The notes under the pieces are model-generated. The model had not been told where the DNA came from, searched no databases, and saw only the letters and a program-made list of their open reading frames with translations. Positions 47,701 through 56,599 of a stretch of DNA of 64,000 nt are shown one piece after another. The DNA comes from a candidate division WOR-3 bacterium (GTDB taxonomy: Bacteria > Hydrothermota > UBA3073 > JACQXS01 > JAGMCI01): the NCBI GenBank assembly GCA_023129325.1, contig JAGMCI010000001.1, positions 23,722 to 87,721 of the forward strand, read 5' to 3'. Within the stretch, counting starts at the first letter, position 1. Each line of letters opens with the position of its first letter. The position numbers were made by a program, and so were the translations under genes.

Positions 47701-49032
47701 ATAATGCCCTTGAAGATCGAGATTAAAGAGGATGGAAATAAGTATTCCATTACCTCTTATCTTGATTTAGAAGTTGATAATGCTAAAGAAGTTGTTTATG
47801 GGGGGGAAGAAAATGGTAAGCATAAGCTTGGTATTATTGATAACATCAGGAAAGGTATCGTAGACGAAAATGGTAAGCCCCTTATGGGAGGGAATACTCA
47901 AGTGGTAATATGTGCAGGGCTCATCAGAAGCTTATCTCCTGTAGAAACGCATCAGAAAATCAAAGAGGAAGAACAAGATTTATTGAAGGTGTTTGTTGAA
48001 GATAAAAAGATAAAGTACGCTGTGAAAGTATGGAAAGGTGATTACTATGTTAAATGGAAAGATATCAAGAATAGCATAAGGGATAAAAGCGAGGAGAATA
48101 TTTATCGTTTTAAGATAGTAGTTACAGAGAATGCTGACGATGAGAAGGAAATAGCAAGATTAAAAAGACCTCCAGTAAGAAGGATACAAATGTTCGCTAA
48201 TAGATTGAAAAATTTAGAAAAAGGAAATACAAGCAAAGGGAATATCGATAAGAAAAAGGTTTTTAGACAACTTTACGAAGAATGGCTGGCCCAATGGGTT
48301 TATGAAGATAATTTAAAATTTAAGTTTGCAGCGTATGGGAGAATTTGGCAAAAAAAACCTAAAAATATTGTTAAATACGAAGGAGATGAATATGATGAAG
48401 TTTTTGTGCATACTGATGACCAAGAAGTATTAAAGTCTTCTCGAAATCATATAGGTGTGAGAAGCCATGGTACCTTTACAGAATTAACCAGAGAAGAGAA
48501 AGGGAATAAACTTCTTGCTGAGAATCTCGAAGAATTGATAGAGATCCTTGCTACAAGAATCACAATACTGGATAATAGAATTCTTAATAAATTTCAAAAT
48601 TTGCATGAGAGGCAACAAAAAATCTTATCTGATACTCTAAATGTAAAAATATTCAAGGAAGAACAACAAAGACATAAGCTATTGAAAGTTGTGAAGGGAA
48701 CTGAAAAAAAACAACATTTCCTAGTAATCCACCTCTCTAATATAGAGACAGCCAAAGAAAACGGAAAAGATATTTATAAAGAAAATTTACAGGAGTTCGT
48801 AGACGAGGTCGTTGGTACTCAATCCTCCCCCAAGCTATATCGTTACCTTGTATTCACTTCGGGTAGAAACCGCAGGGTTGAGAAAACGGGTTTTGATGAT
48901 TATCAAAAACGCCGCACATTTTTTGTACATCTCGAAAATTTTCTTCGGATTTTTGAATGGGCATCCCAGATTCCAATTGAAGCAGCCTTTCGTGTAAAAT
49001 ATGGACTTGTTAAATGCTTGGTGGGAACATAA
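44764..49032 (+). CDS. 1422-aa cytoplasmic giant protein: Cys-rich N-terminal region, ~600 aa unassigned, histidine-kinase-like (H-box-like plus GHKL ATPase-like) core, C-terminal pseudo-receiver
   Basis: Cys cluster GCFRGRIDEGCWKYQNCE...NCWAGKKKRMC...GGCGDCNLRQDCRDSKPCPYLGC. IIIDAFAHNVAAHCLSAL is H-box-like; LYTIWENILRNVKHT is N-box-like; GKPLMGGNTQVVICAGLI is G2-like. The C-terminus (RITILDNR / HFLVIHLS / YLVFTSGR) is REC-like without an acceptor Asp. No TM helices seen. Confidence 0.6.
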   Translation: MDNKANKEFKILEAKKKIKNRYSIERFPEEEKYILGAIGISIETLDEKSRGILYHTLRDVLKEIGDIPIGIKKGCFRGRIDEGCWKYQNCEIKDLHESDRNGLNFNCWAGKKKRMCKNKNEKIWKYQFDNGKNTNPYSISPKPHLKEQFGGCGDCNLRQDCRDSKPCPYLGCVTPSIIEENFNLNWLPKNVSKLDNEGLKALIKDRLEELSKPEDNETNEKKKSNMFLLDTLCPYTYRYTLPDPIPSLTYKSDKFPNQMRFLQCYITSREFVDEVLHDILNIYGIGVLFIDPRKGRKGIYHIQKNASSDMKPYLELPYFIIKSVEGKETWKETENDFFITTLFQILRQRPTITAKGRLYPEVFYVLNEDKKYRLNEFERLNDLLFCTDGELSTFIFTWRLLKWNEACDKQEIKIDDWMELTKKQKKYIDLNNTMTPEEEFILCEKENKLIMLQFKQELKETGICNLKELTIQEHIELPLKRRIGPFKRTLKEELKVLGFIEEPVDNSKEYKVTKRFCRMIIWVTDLCRKALKYRLNSYNVKRFYTERNEKEEEYWLDFEKLKLEEEEILKLSDRYKKYLQNGTEAITKDKFKKDLKIIKEILLSGFKEEEFNKKINKINQIARFPILPYYVWRANEIFSMAHIGFSLSPRTVKDTEDKDKEVVFFVGSVKDESEKITLEGIQEDMKPLLLQNKDFFLTMLLPLINNILYDKIIYEEISSYAKRVAAVTIIIDAFAHNVAAHCLSALVLYLEEKRKKLTDSTEIYRGQNSQKKKEIPCPTLDELKKLFQMPDIPDTPNFDGCKEYDAKFDDSYKKMFSLCVYLEREETSFVNFLIFMRAKSAFWAGAIGYQSPGGIIMNFYDIFTQFADNSLFLGTIAYSEEITGVAIKINNKAGAVSLLEQSTYRYEYNSITGNEEFLREKEWNDTFYKVNASYKPQKIHKELKKYNIFLPGGIVGLQALYTIWENILRNVKHTRTDYSIMPLKIEIKEDGNKYSITSYLDLEVDNAKEVVYGGEENGKHKLGIIDNIRKGIVDENGKPLMGGNTQVVICAGLIRSLSPVETHQKIKEEEQDLLKVFVEDKKIKYAVKVWKGDYYVKWKDIKNSIRDKSEENIYRFKIVVTENADDEKEIARLKRPPVRRIQMFANRLKNLEKGNTSKGNIDKKKVFRQLYEEWLAQWVYEDNLKFKFAAYGRIWQKKPKNIVKYEGDEYDEVFVHTDDQEVLKSSRNHIGVRSHGTFTELTREEKGNKLLAENLEELIEILATRITILDNRILNKFQNLHERQQKILSDTLNVKIFKEEQQRHKLLKVVKGTEKKQHFLVIHLSNIETAKENGKDIYKENLQEFVDEVVGTQSSPKLYRYLVFTSGRNRRVEKTGFDDYQKRRTFFVHLENFLRIFEWASQIPIEAAFRVKYGLVKCLVGT

Positions 49033-49045
49033 GAAAGGAGGAACA

Positions 49046-49162
49046 ATGAAAAAGTATGTAATAGTCACTTTTCAAACGGTATATGGATACGAGATAAAAG
49101 ATTTAAAGGGCAAAAGTAACCGAAGCGTTAAAAAATTATTAGAGTATAATAGAAAAAAATGA
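49046..49162 (+). CDS. 38-aa small ORF, translationally coupled between the giant gene and the next gene
   Basis: AAAGGAGG lies 6 nt before ATG 49046. The stop TGA overlaps the next start (ATGA at 49159). Confidence 0.35.
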   Translation: MKKYVIVTFQTVYGYEIKDLKGKSNRSVKKLLEYNRKK

Positions 49163-50433
49163 AGTATTGCGAATGTGATGTTCCAGGCCAATACATTCTC
49201 ATAGTGGTGGACTCCACAGAGGAGTTCGATGAGAAGACAATGAATAAAATCAATGGAATAGTTCAACACTATAACATCACCAGTAAAAACGGCGTGTGCT
49301 TTTTACACAACCGCAAAAGCCCTCTTTATGACATTCCTGAAGGTTGTGATGACGAAAAAATCCCTACAAAAGAGTATGCTGGTTTCCAATCGTATCCCTA
49401 TTGTCTTTTAGATCTTATTTTCTTTGAAAAGAAGAAAATGTACGAGGGAAGAGAAGAGTGTAGCAAGTTTCCTTCTTGGGAAGAAATTTTAATAAAATTT
49501 GAGTCCAATTGGGAAGAACTTATTTTCTCTCCCTTTCTCCCCCTTCATCTCTCTCTCCAAGCCTTCTTTGGGATTAGTAGAGATGAGAATGGAGAATTTG
49601 TAAAAGTTGGGACGAGAACCGAAATAGGAGATGCGGAAGAACAGAAGATACTCAATTCCATTAATGTCCAAAGAGAAAAATTGACTAAGGAAAGAAAATT
49701 GAAGGACGGCAACCAAGATCTTCCTGATAAGTATAAAAAAACCTTCCCTAATCCAGATGCCTTTCTTCTTGTAGATGAAGCTCAATGGGATTTCTATGCA
49801 TCTACATTCGATAAAATTATGCCTCCCAACAAATGTGTGGGAATAAGAGATGGGTGTAAAGAAAACCGTAATGAAGAGAAAGAAGAGTATGATAAAGACA
49901 AAAAAATAGCACTTCTTTTAGAAAAGTTCATAAGCCACATAAAGGGGAAGGATGAAAAGGATAAATTATCGGCTTTGAAAATAGCGATTAGTAACGAGTT
50001 CGGCGAAGAAGCAAACCATAAATCGGATGGACCTATTCCTGCTAACTACAAAATTAAGATTCCCTGTGAGGAGATTGGGTATGATAACTTTGTAAAAACC
50101 TTGCGTGAGCTCTGTGCTATCCTTGCAAATACTCCTGCCCGTGGCGATCCAAAAGATTGTAAAAATAAAAAGGGAATTTTTGTTTATAAAGGGAAATGCG
50201 ATAAAGAAAGAGACGAAATCCTTGAGCAAATTCGAGGTATAAACGGTAATAACTTAGATAGAATTTGTCACTGTAAATTAGAAGAAAGAGTAAAAGATAA
50301 AAATTGTAGCTATGAAGTCCTCAGAAACCAGATTGCCGATTGGGGTATTTGGAAGGTAATGAGAGTTATTGCAGGGATTGAGGAGCTGGCCAAGATTTTA
50401 GATGATGCAATCAAATGCCATGAATTGGATTGA
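49159..50433 (+). CDS. Hypothetical protein with an N-terminal receiver-like module and a Cys-rich unassigned C-terminal region
   Basis: QYILIVVDSTEE and YCLLDLIFF fit REC strands beta1/beta3. The remainder is Lys/Glu/Cys-rich with no recognised motif. Confidence 0.5.
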   Translation: MKYCECDVPGQYILIVVDSTEEFDEKTMNKINGIVQHYNITSKNGVCFLHNRKSPLYDIPEGCDDEKIPTKEYAGFQSYPYCLLDLIFFEKKKMYEGREECSKFPSWEEILIKFESNWEELIFSPFLPLHLSLQAFFGISRDENGEFVKVGTRTEIGDAEEQKILNSINVQREKLTKERKLKDGNQDLPDKYKKTFPNPDAFLLVDEAQWDFYASTFDKIMPPNKCVGIRDGCKENRNEEKEEYDKDKKIALLLEKFISHIKGKDEKDKLSALKIAISNEFGEEANHKSDGPIPANYKIKIPCEEIGYDNFVKTLRELCAILANTPARGDPKDCKNKKGIFVYKGKCDKERDEILEQIRGINGNNLDRICHCKLEERVKDKNCSYEVLRNQIADWGIWKVMRVIAGIEELAKILDDAIKCHELD

Positions 50434-51247
50434 TTTCGTTGATGGAATGAAAATTGCTCTTTATGAATGTGGGCAAGTTGCTTTAAAACTTAAAGGAAAG
50501 GTTACAACTCAACGGAAAAAGCAAGATTCACAACACCAGACAAGTCTTGAGCTTACAGATGTTGACCTTCTTTCACAAGAGATTATCTTACTTCGAGCAT
50601 ATTCATTAGTTCCATCATTGGAAATATATAGTGAAGAAATAGAAGAGTGTCCCAAGGCAGTTTTTTCTCTTTTTTCTAAAAATAAAAATCGATATGTACT
50701 AATTATAGACCCTTTAGATGGTACAAAATGTTATCTCGCTGGTGGGAAAGCCTATGCACACATGGTCGGCATACTCGATCAAGAAACAGAGAAAATGGAG
50801 TGCAGCCTAATTTATTTCCCTGAAAAACGGGAACTGTATTCTGCTGTCAAAGGAGAAGGCAGTTGGGTGCAAAAATGTTTTTATACCAAGCCTGAACCCA
50901 TTAAACCTAAAAATCCCCCTAAGACTTTTGGAATTGTAAAGAGAACTAAAGAAAAGAATTGTGAAATTTTTCAAAAGCATAGGTTTCAACTTGTGAAACT
51001 TAACGAGGAAAATAGTTCATGTGCCTCATACCAAATCCAGATCGCTAAAGGCGAACTGGGGATTGTAGGTATGCGCCATTTCCATGGCCATGACACTGCG
51101 ATACCTGGTTTGATTGTCCAAGAACTCGGTGGCGCAGTGGTTGATGCAGAAGGGAAAAGTGTGAAATACGACAAAACTATGGCAAGGATATCTCTTGTAA
51201 TTTCTTCCCTTCGGAAAGATTATGCAAGAATTCTATGTAAAGAGTAG
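50420..51247 (+). CDS. Inositol monophosphatase / CysQ / SuhB-family phosphatase
   Basis: LIIDPLDGTKCY (DPxDGT), upstream ELTDVDLLSQE, and HDTAIPGLIVQELGG (WDxAAG-like). Confidence 0.75.
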   Translation: MNWIDFVDGMKIALYECGQVALKLKGKVTTQRKKQDSQHQTSLELTDVDLLSQEIILLRAYSLVPSLEIYSEEIEECPKAVFSLFSKNKNRYVLIIDPLDGTKCYLAGGKAYAHMVGILDQETEKMECSLIYFPEKRELYSAVKGEGSWVQKCFYTKPEPIKPKNPPKTFGIVKRTKEKNCEIFQKHRFQLVKLNEENSSCASYQIQIAKGELGIVGMRHFHGHDTAIPGLIVQELGGAVVDAEGKSVKYDKTMARISLVISSLRKDYARILCKE

Positions 51248-51274
51248 TCTTAATTAAGGAGGAAAAACGGATAG

Positions 51275-53777
51275 ATGGACACCCTTATTCATAGGACCAA
51301 AAGGAGAAAATCTTGAAGTTCTTGAGTCCATAATAATAGAAGTCCTGAGAGAGAATATATATTGGCGAAGAAATTTTTATCCTCAAGACCGAGTCTCTAT
51401 TGCCCCCCAAGCTAAACTCGCTGATCCATATGGTAAAATAGTAGCAGAGTTTCGAGCAAAGATAGGAGAGATAACGCAACAATTGAAGAACGAAGGTCCT
51501 TACTATAGCCCGAGATATATTGGTCATATGCTTTCTGAGACTTTAATTCCAGCCATTGCAGGTTTCTTTGCAACAATGCTTTATAACCCAAATAATGTTA
51601 CAAGTGAAGTTTCTCCAATTACTACTAAATGGGAAATTGAAGTCGGGAAGGATTTTGGGACTCTTATGGGCTATGAAAGAGATAAATGCTGGGGGCATAT
51701 CACATCAGGTGGAACAGTGGCAAATATAGAAGCTCTATGGGTTGCGAGAAACCTTAAATATTATCCACTTGCTGTCTGGAAAGCGTTGGTTTGCCACTGG
51801 GACCCCAATGTAATAAGGGATATAAGAATAACACCTGACAGGAAGGATAAGAAGTTTTTAGAGCTTACACCTTGGCAACTCCTTAATCTTGATGTAGATG
51901 AGATTCTTTCTTTGAGAAGGAAGGTAATAGAGCACACTTTAACGAAGGACCCTATGGGAAGACGAACGGAAGTAGAGAAAAAATTTGATAAAGAAGTAAA
52001 GAAATATTCAATTCAAGGTATAGGGTTCCAAAAATTTCTTGAAAAACTTACAGAGGACCCAGAAAATGAAAAGACAAGACTATGGGGAAAAAAGAAAAAG
52101 CTATTTAAAAAAGGACTCAGAGATATCAAGCCCGGTGTGATATTGGTGCCACGAACAAAGCATTATTCCTGGGACAAAGCTGCGGATGTTTTAGGAATTG
52201 GAGCTGAGAGAATAATAAAAATATCTATTGATAAACATTACAGAATGGATCCTGAAAAAATGGGAGAAAAGATAAAGGAATGTAATAAAGAAAAGAAACC
52301 AATTATAATGGTCGTTTCAGTCTGTAGCTCTACTGAAGAGGGAGCAATAGATGATTTAAAAAAGATCAACGAAAAGAGAAAAAATTTACGAAAAGAGAAT
52401 ATTGCTTTTTATCTTCACTCAGATGCTGCTTACGGTGGCTATTTTGCCTCCATGCTGCTAAAAAGCGATAGTACTCCTCACATTACTCGCATAAACAATG
52501 TAAATGATTTTAAACGATATTGCAATAAGTTAACAGAGGAGCATAGCGAATTATTGTTTAATGGCTTATGCTTCCTCAAAGATACAGATTCTGCTACTAT
52601 AGATCCGCATAAACTTGGTTATATTCCTTATCCAGCCGGAGGCATAGTTTTCAAGAACAAAGCAGTTCAAGACATGATTTCCTTTGAGGCTCCTTATATA
52701 TTTCATGGAAATGAAGAAGAGTTTATTGGAAGATACATTCTTGAAGGTTCTAAACCTGGCGCTGCCGCTACTGCTGTATATCTTTCCCATAGAGTCATAG
52801 GACTAAATCAAGAGGGATATGGAGACTTACTTTATAAGACAATAAGGGCCGCCAGAATCATATACATGGTAATAAAAAAGATAAACGACGACCTTCAAAG
52901 AGAGGAAAGATTAATCAAAGTAATTCCTATTTCTGAACCTGATACAAATATAATAGATTTTGTAGTGAATTTTAAAGATAATGTTTCTCTTAAAAAAATG
53001 AATGAACTGGCAGAAATTTTATATAATGAGCTTGGGATGATTGCGGGGAAAGAACTTCACGAATACCATTTTATAATATCAAAAACAGATTTTGAATGGG
53101 ATGGATATCATGGAAATACGTGTCGTTCTTTATTAACATCTGCAGAAATAAACCCAGGTAATTTTGTCTCTGAAACACCAATAGAAGAAAAAGATAAGGA
53201 TGACAAAATAACGGTGTTTCGGATAACTCTCATGAATCCTTGGTTACTTCAAGGGAAAGTGAATTATTTTAAAAAGTTCGGCAACTATCTCGGATTTTTG
53301 CTAAGGCTTCTTTCCCCTAAGATTCTTATTGTAGAAGATGAAAATAAAGATGCGGAACGTCTTATAAACATATTAAGAGATATAGAAGCTGTAAAACCTG
53401 TCAAGTTTGCTAGTTGGGGTAGAGCCAAAACTAGGGAAGAAGCTATAAAATGGTTGAGAAAAAATGTAGATATAGATATTCTTCTTCTCGATGTTGAATT
53501 GGTATACAAAGATGATAAAGCATTGGATCCTATAGGAGGTATGGGAGTCCTCTCCTATTTAAGAAAAGAGATGGGAAAAAAGCACACTCCTGTCATAGTG
53601 TACAGTAAGTTCCCAGAGAGTGAAAAAATAGAAAAGCTTGTTGAGCATAGATTTGATAGAAAAACTGATTATTTTATTCACAAAGAAAGAGAAAAATCGG
53701 AAGAGGAAAGAATGCAGGAAGAGCATTTTCTTCTTGTAAAAATATTGAAAGGACTGAGGAAAAAGTATTATGAATAG
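51275..53777 (+). CDS. Group II PLP-dependent amino-acid decarboxylase (TyrDC-like N-terminus) fused to a C-terminal receiver domain; start region is frame-anomalous
   Basis: LFIGPKGENLEVL...IYWRRNFYPQD, HITSGGTVANIEALWVARN, HSDAAYGG, and DPHKLGYIPYPAGG (PLP Lys). C-terminal REC: KILIVEDENKD, ILLLDVEL, VIVYSKF. The only ATG with an RBS (51275) is one base out of frame with the conserved N-terminal peptide (see findings). Confidence 0.75.
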
Positions 53778-54186
53778 GAATATTTTTTCTATACTGGGCA
53801 ACAATCCGGTAGGCTGGGCTTTTGCAAGAATGTTTTTCGGCAACAAAAACGAGGTTAATATAATAAGCTTAGAGAAAATAAAAGAATTAAAGACAGATTA
53901 TCTTGTAGTAGCGGATAAAAAAGTATCTCTGCATACCCTTTTAACTATAGAGATCGAAAGTAAAACCACTTTTCCTATACTTTATCTGATTACTGGGAAA
54001 AATTCAGATTTTCCCAAAGTCAAAGGTATTTCAGTTATGGAATTGCCGATTCGTATAGTAAATATCCCAAGAGCATTATCTGGAGCTAAACGAGGTAAGC
54101 AAGAAATAGAAAAAGACACACTTTATAAAAAGAATTATTGGTATTACCTTTGTGAAGTGAGGAGTGCATTAATATATCATGGATAA
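53770..54186 (+). CDS. Small degenerate receiver-like protein
   Basis: The start overlaps the decarboxylase stop by 8 nt. YLVVADKK / ILYLITG / VMELPIRI give a REC-like strand pattern lacking the N-terminal acidic pair. Confidence 0.4.
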   Translation: MNRNIFSILGNNPVGWAFARMFFGNKNEVNIISLEKIKELKTDYLVVADKKVSLHTLLTIEIESKTTFPILYLITGKNSDFPKVKGISVMELPIRIVNIPRALSGAKRGKQEIEKDTLYKKNYWYYLCEVRSALIYHG

Positions 54187-54249
54187 AAGATAGTTTATTA
54201 AAAGGAAGAATGGAACCATAAATAGAAAAGTTCAATTCATTAAGAGAAA

Positions 54250-54912
54250 ATGAAAACAGTGGCGCTTATGGGACAGAAAACCCCATTTTTTCTAAATTTT
54301 GAGAGAATCTTTCTTGGCATTGGAATCAAGCCAAAATTTTTGAACGAGAACAATTTCCAAAGTAAACTTTCAGCAAAAAAATCTGTTGATATTATTATAA
54401 CGATAGACACAAACTATAACACCTCTTCTCAAGTCAATAAATGGATATGGAATAGGCTAAGACTGAATGAGGAACGAATAGGCAAAGAACTTGCTGGTCT
54501 GCCAGTTTTAGTGCTTGGAATAGATAAGAAGTTTATAGAAAAACCTGAGGGGAAAGTCTTCCGAGATTTTAAATGGTGTCATCAATATCTTACAAAACCT
54601 CTTAATCTGCAAAAGTTTCTGGAAGCTTTGAGTATTTTATCTCCTATTGACCCAGGGTCGCTCTCTGTAATTAAAGAAGATGCTCCAGAAAGTATGTTAG
54701 GCGTTCTTGAGCACGACCTTAAAGCTATATCTCAAAAATTCAATTATAATGGAAGCGATGAGAATGTTAGAAAAAGATTTCATGAGGTTAAGATTGACCT
54801 AAAAAATTATGAAACTTTAGAAAAAGATAAAAAGAAAGCTAGAAGAATAAAAGAAGAAATCGAGAAACTAAAGACAGAAATAATTAAAAGAAAAGGAAAT
54901 ATATGGAAGTAG
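54250..54912 (+). CDS. Receiver-like protein with a C-terminal helical region
   Basis: VDIIITIDTNY, PVLVLGI and QYLTKPLNLQKFLEAL (K-P of beta5). C-terminal LEHDLKAISQ is weakly HPt-like. Confidence 0.45.
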   Translation: MKTVALMGQKTPFFLNFERIFLGIGIKPKFLNENNFQSKLSAKKSVDIIITIDTNYNTSSQVNKWIWNRLRLNEERIGKELAGLPVLVLGIDKKFIEKPEGKVFRDFKWCHQYLTKPLNLQKFLEALSILSPIDPGSLSVIKEDAPESMLGVLEHDLKAISQKFNYNGSDENVRKRFHEVKIDLKNYETLEKDKKKARRIKEEIEKLKTEIIKRKGNIWK

Positions 54913-55724
54913 AGAAGATTCTTGTTATAGACGATGAGATGTACCCAGAAGGAAGCAAAGAGCCGAGATACGGGCGACTTTCAGAAGCCGATTTAGCTGT
55001 CCAGATAAAATCATTTATGGAATCTCAAGAATTTGAGGTAGAATTTTCTGAAAAAGGAGAAGATGCGATAGAGAGGATAGAAAAAGATATTGAGAAAGAA
55101 ATTAAGCTTGTACTTTTGGATATAAGATTCACAAAAGTAGACACCAGAATGCAAGGTCCTACAATTTTCAGGAAAATTAGAGAGATAAGAGGTGATTTAC
55201 CGATAGTTATAATTACCATCCTGCCCACCAGAAAACTACCCCAGCGGGAAGATATATTTAAAGAACTGGTCGAACTTGGAGCATCCCTCTTTATTGAGAA
55301 AAAATATTTCACAAAGAGAGGCAAAGAACAGCTCAACTTTATCAATGCCCTTATAAGAAAACAGGAAATTAAATATACTTTAAGATACAGTGAAGGGCTT
55401 GATTCTGACAAGATGGAAATCATAGACATAGATATTCTCAGAAAAGAAAAAGATACCGAATTTTCTATATTAAAGAACCCTTATCGTATTCCATTTCCAA
55501 TGGAGGATTATATAGAGCAATGTGTTGAGGAATTCCCTAATCCAGTGCATTGGAAAGAAAACCTTGCGGTTCGCGAGGAGTGGACGGATACAAAGTTTCA
55601 CAAAGAGGTTCACAAGCTTAACGACAGAATAATGCGCTCCTCCGGTGGCAGGATTCCCGACCTTCTTGAGAGACTCGGACGTGCAGGTTGTAGGTTGAAT
55701 ATAGATAAGATAGAGAAAAGGTAA
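54903..55724 (+). CDS. Response regulator: receiver plus OmpR-like winged-helix output (divergent)
   Basis: KILVIDDEMY, KLVLLDIRF, PIVIITILP and LFIEKKYF. The C-terminal FHKEVHKLNDRI resembles the OmpR/PhoB recognition region. Confidence 0.55.
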   Translation: MEVEKILVIDDEMYPEGSKEPRYGRLSEADLAVQIKSFMESQEFEVEFSEKGEDAIERIEKDIEKEIKLVLLDIRFTKVDTRMQGPTIFRKIREIRGDLPIVIITILPTRKLPQREDIFKELVELGASLFIEKKYFTKRGKEQLNFINALIRKQEIKYTLRYSEGLDSDKMEIIDIDILRKEKDTEFSILKNPYRIPFPMEDYIEQCVEEFPNPVHWKENLAVREEWTDTKFHKEVHKLNDRIMRSSGGRIPDLLERLGRAGCRLNIDKIEKR

Positions 55725-55781
55725 GGGAACTTATCTCAATACCTCACTCAGTAGCAGAAAAGCTAACATTGGTGGACAGAA

Positions 55782-56597
55782 GTGGATAATACTGTTGTAA
55801 AACCTAAAGTTCTCATAATAGATGATAACAAACCCTTTGCTTGGGCATTTAAACGAGCTTTAGTAAGCCTTTATCATCCTATATATTTAATATTTGAAAA
55901 TCAATTAGAAACTATTGGTAATCTTCTTGAAAAGAATAAGAACAAAATTTTTATATTGGTTGACACTTACTTTGAAACTAAGGGCAGAGGAACAATATCG
56001 GGGGTAGAGATTGTTAAAGATATTCGGACAAAATTACATTCTCGGGTCCCAATAGCAGTGATGGGCATGAAGCATGAGAAAGATTTGGGAGGAGAAATAA
56101 TGAGCTATAAGCCCGGATATTATTTTTTAAACAAACCCTTTTCACTTTTTCATATTCTCTGTGTTATTAAAAGAGCAAAATGTGTAAATGAGAAAGATTT
56201 ACAGAAAATTGTGGAAGAGCAAACGAAAGAAATAGCTTATAGTTTTTTTCATAAGGTCCAAGGCTTAATAAGAACTGTTGGTTTCTATTTTAATGAGTTC
56301 TTAAAAGAAAGTTCCAGCTCTTTTGGTAAATTTGGAAATAATATAGCTAAAATTACTGAAAATATGATTAAAGAAATGGAGAATATTGCAAAACCTGACC
56401 CCGATAGATATATTCAAAAAGCATATACTACTGAGCTAAATAAAATTTTAGAACTAATTACCCATTTATATAAGTTTCTCTATTCCGGAGCTAAAAACAC
56501 AGAGATGAATAAAGTAATTAAAATTGCCCAAAAAGTTATCATACTTGAAAGAGAAGCCTCTAAGATGTGTAATGCAGTATTGGATAAGTTAAAATAA
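55782..56597 (+). CDS. Receiver domain protein with a C-terminal HPt-like four-helix region
   Basis: KVLIIDDNKP, IFILVDTYF, PIAVMGM and YFLNKPF. The C-terminal SFFHKVQGLIRTVG resembles the HxxKG phosphotransfer motif. GTG start. Confidence 0.5.
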   Translation: MDNTVVKPKVLIIDDNKPFAWAFKRALVSLYHPIYLIFENQLETIGNLLEKNKNKIFILVDTYFETKGRGTISGVEIVKDIRTKLHSRVPIAVMGMKHEKDLGGEIMSYKPGYYFLNKPFSLFHILCVIKRAKCVNEKDLQKIVEEQTKEIAYSFFHKVQGLIRTVGFYFNEFLKESSSSFGKFGNNIAKITENMIKEMENIAKPDPDRYIQKAYTTELNKILELITHLYKFLYSGAKNTEMNKVIKIAQKVIILEREASKMCNAVLDKLK

Positions 56598-56599
56598 AT

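Noticed and set aside
44764-49032. Whether the 1422-aa protein could be a Cas13-like/HEPN or other CRISPR effector
   Set aside because: The only candidate motif, RNVKH, has Rx3H spacing rather than Rx4-6H and fits a kinase N-box better. No second HEPN motif, no RuvC motifs, and no CRISPR array or cas genes are nearby.
51296-51318. A prfB-like programmed +1 frameshift at TCT TGA, preceded by the SD-like AAGGAG, within the short ATG-51275 frame
   Set aside because: The family-conserved peptide TPLFIGPKGEN is already encoded in the other frame upstream of this site (from 51279). A shift at 51311-51316 would therefore skip conserved sequence. UCU-to-CUU re-pairing is also poor.
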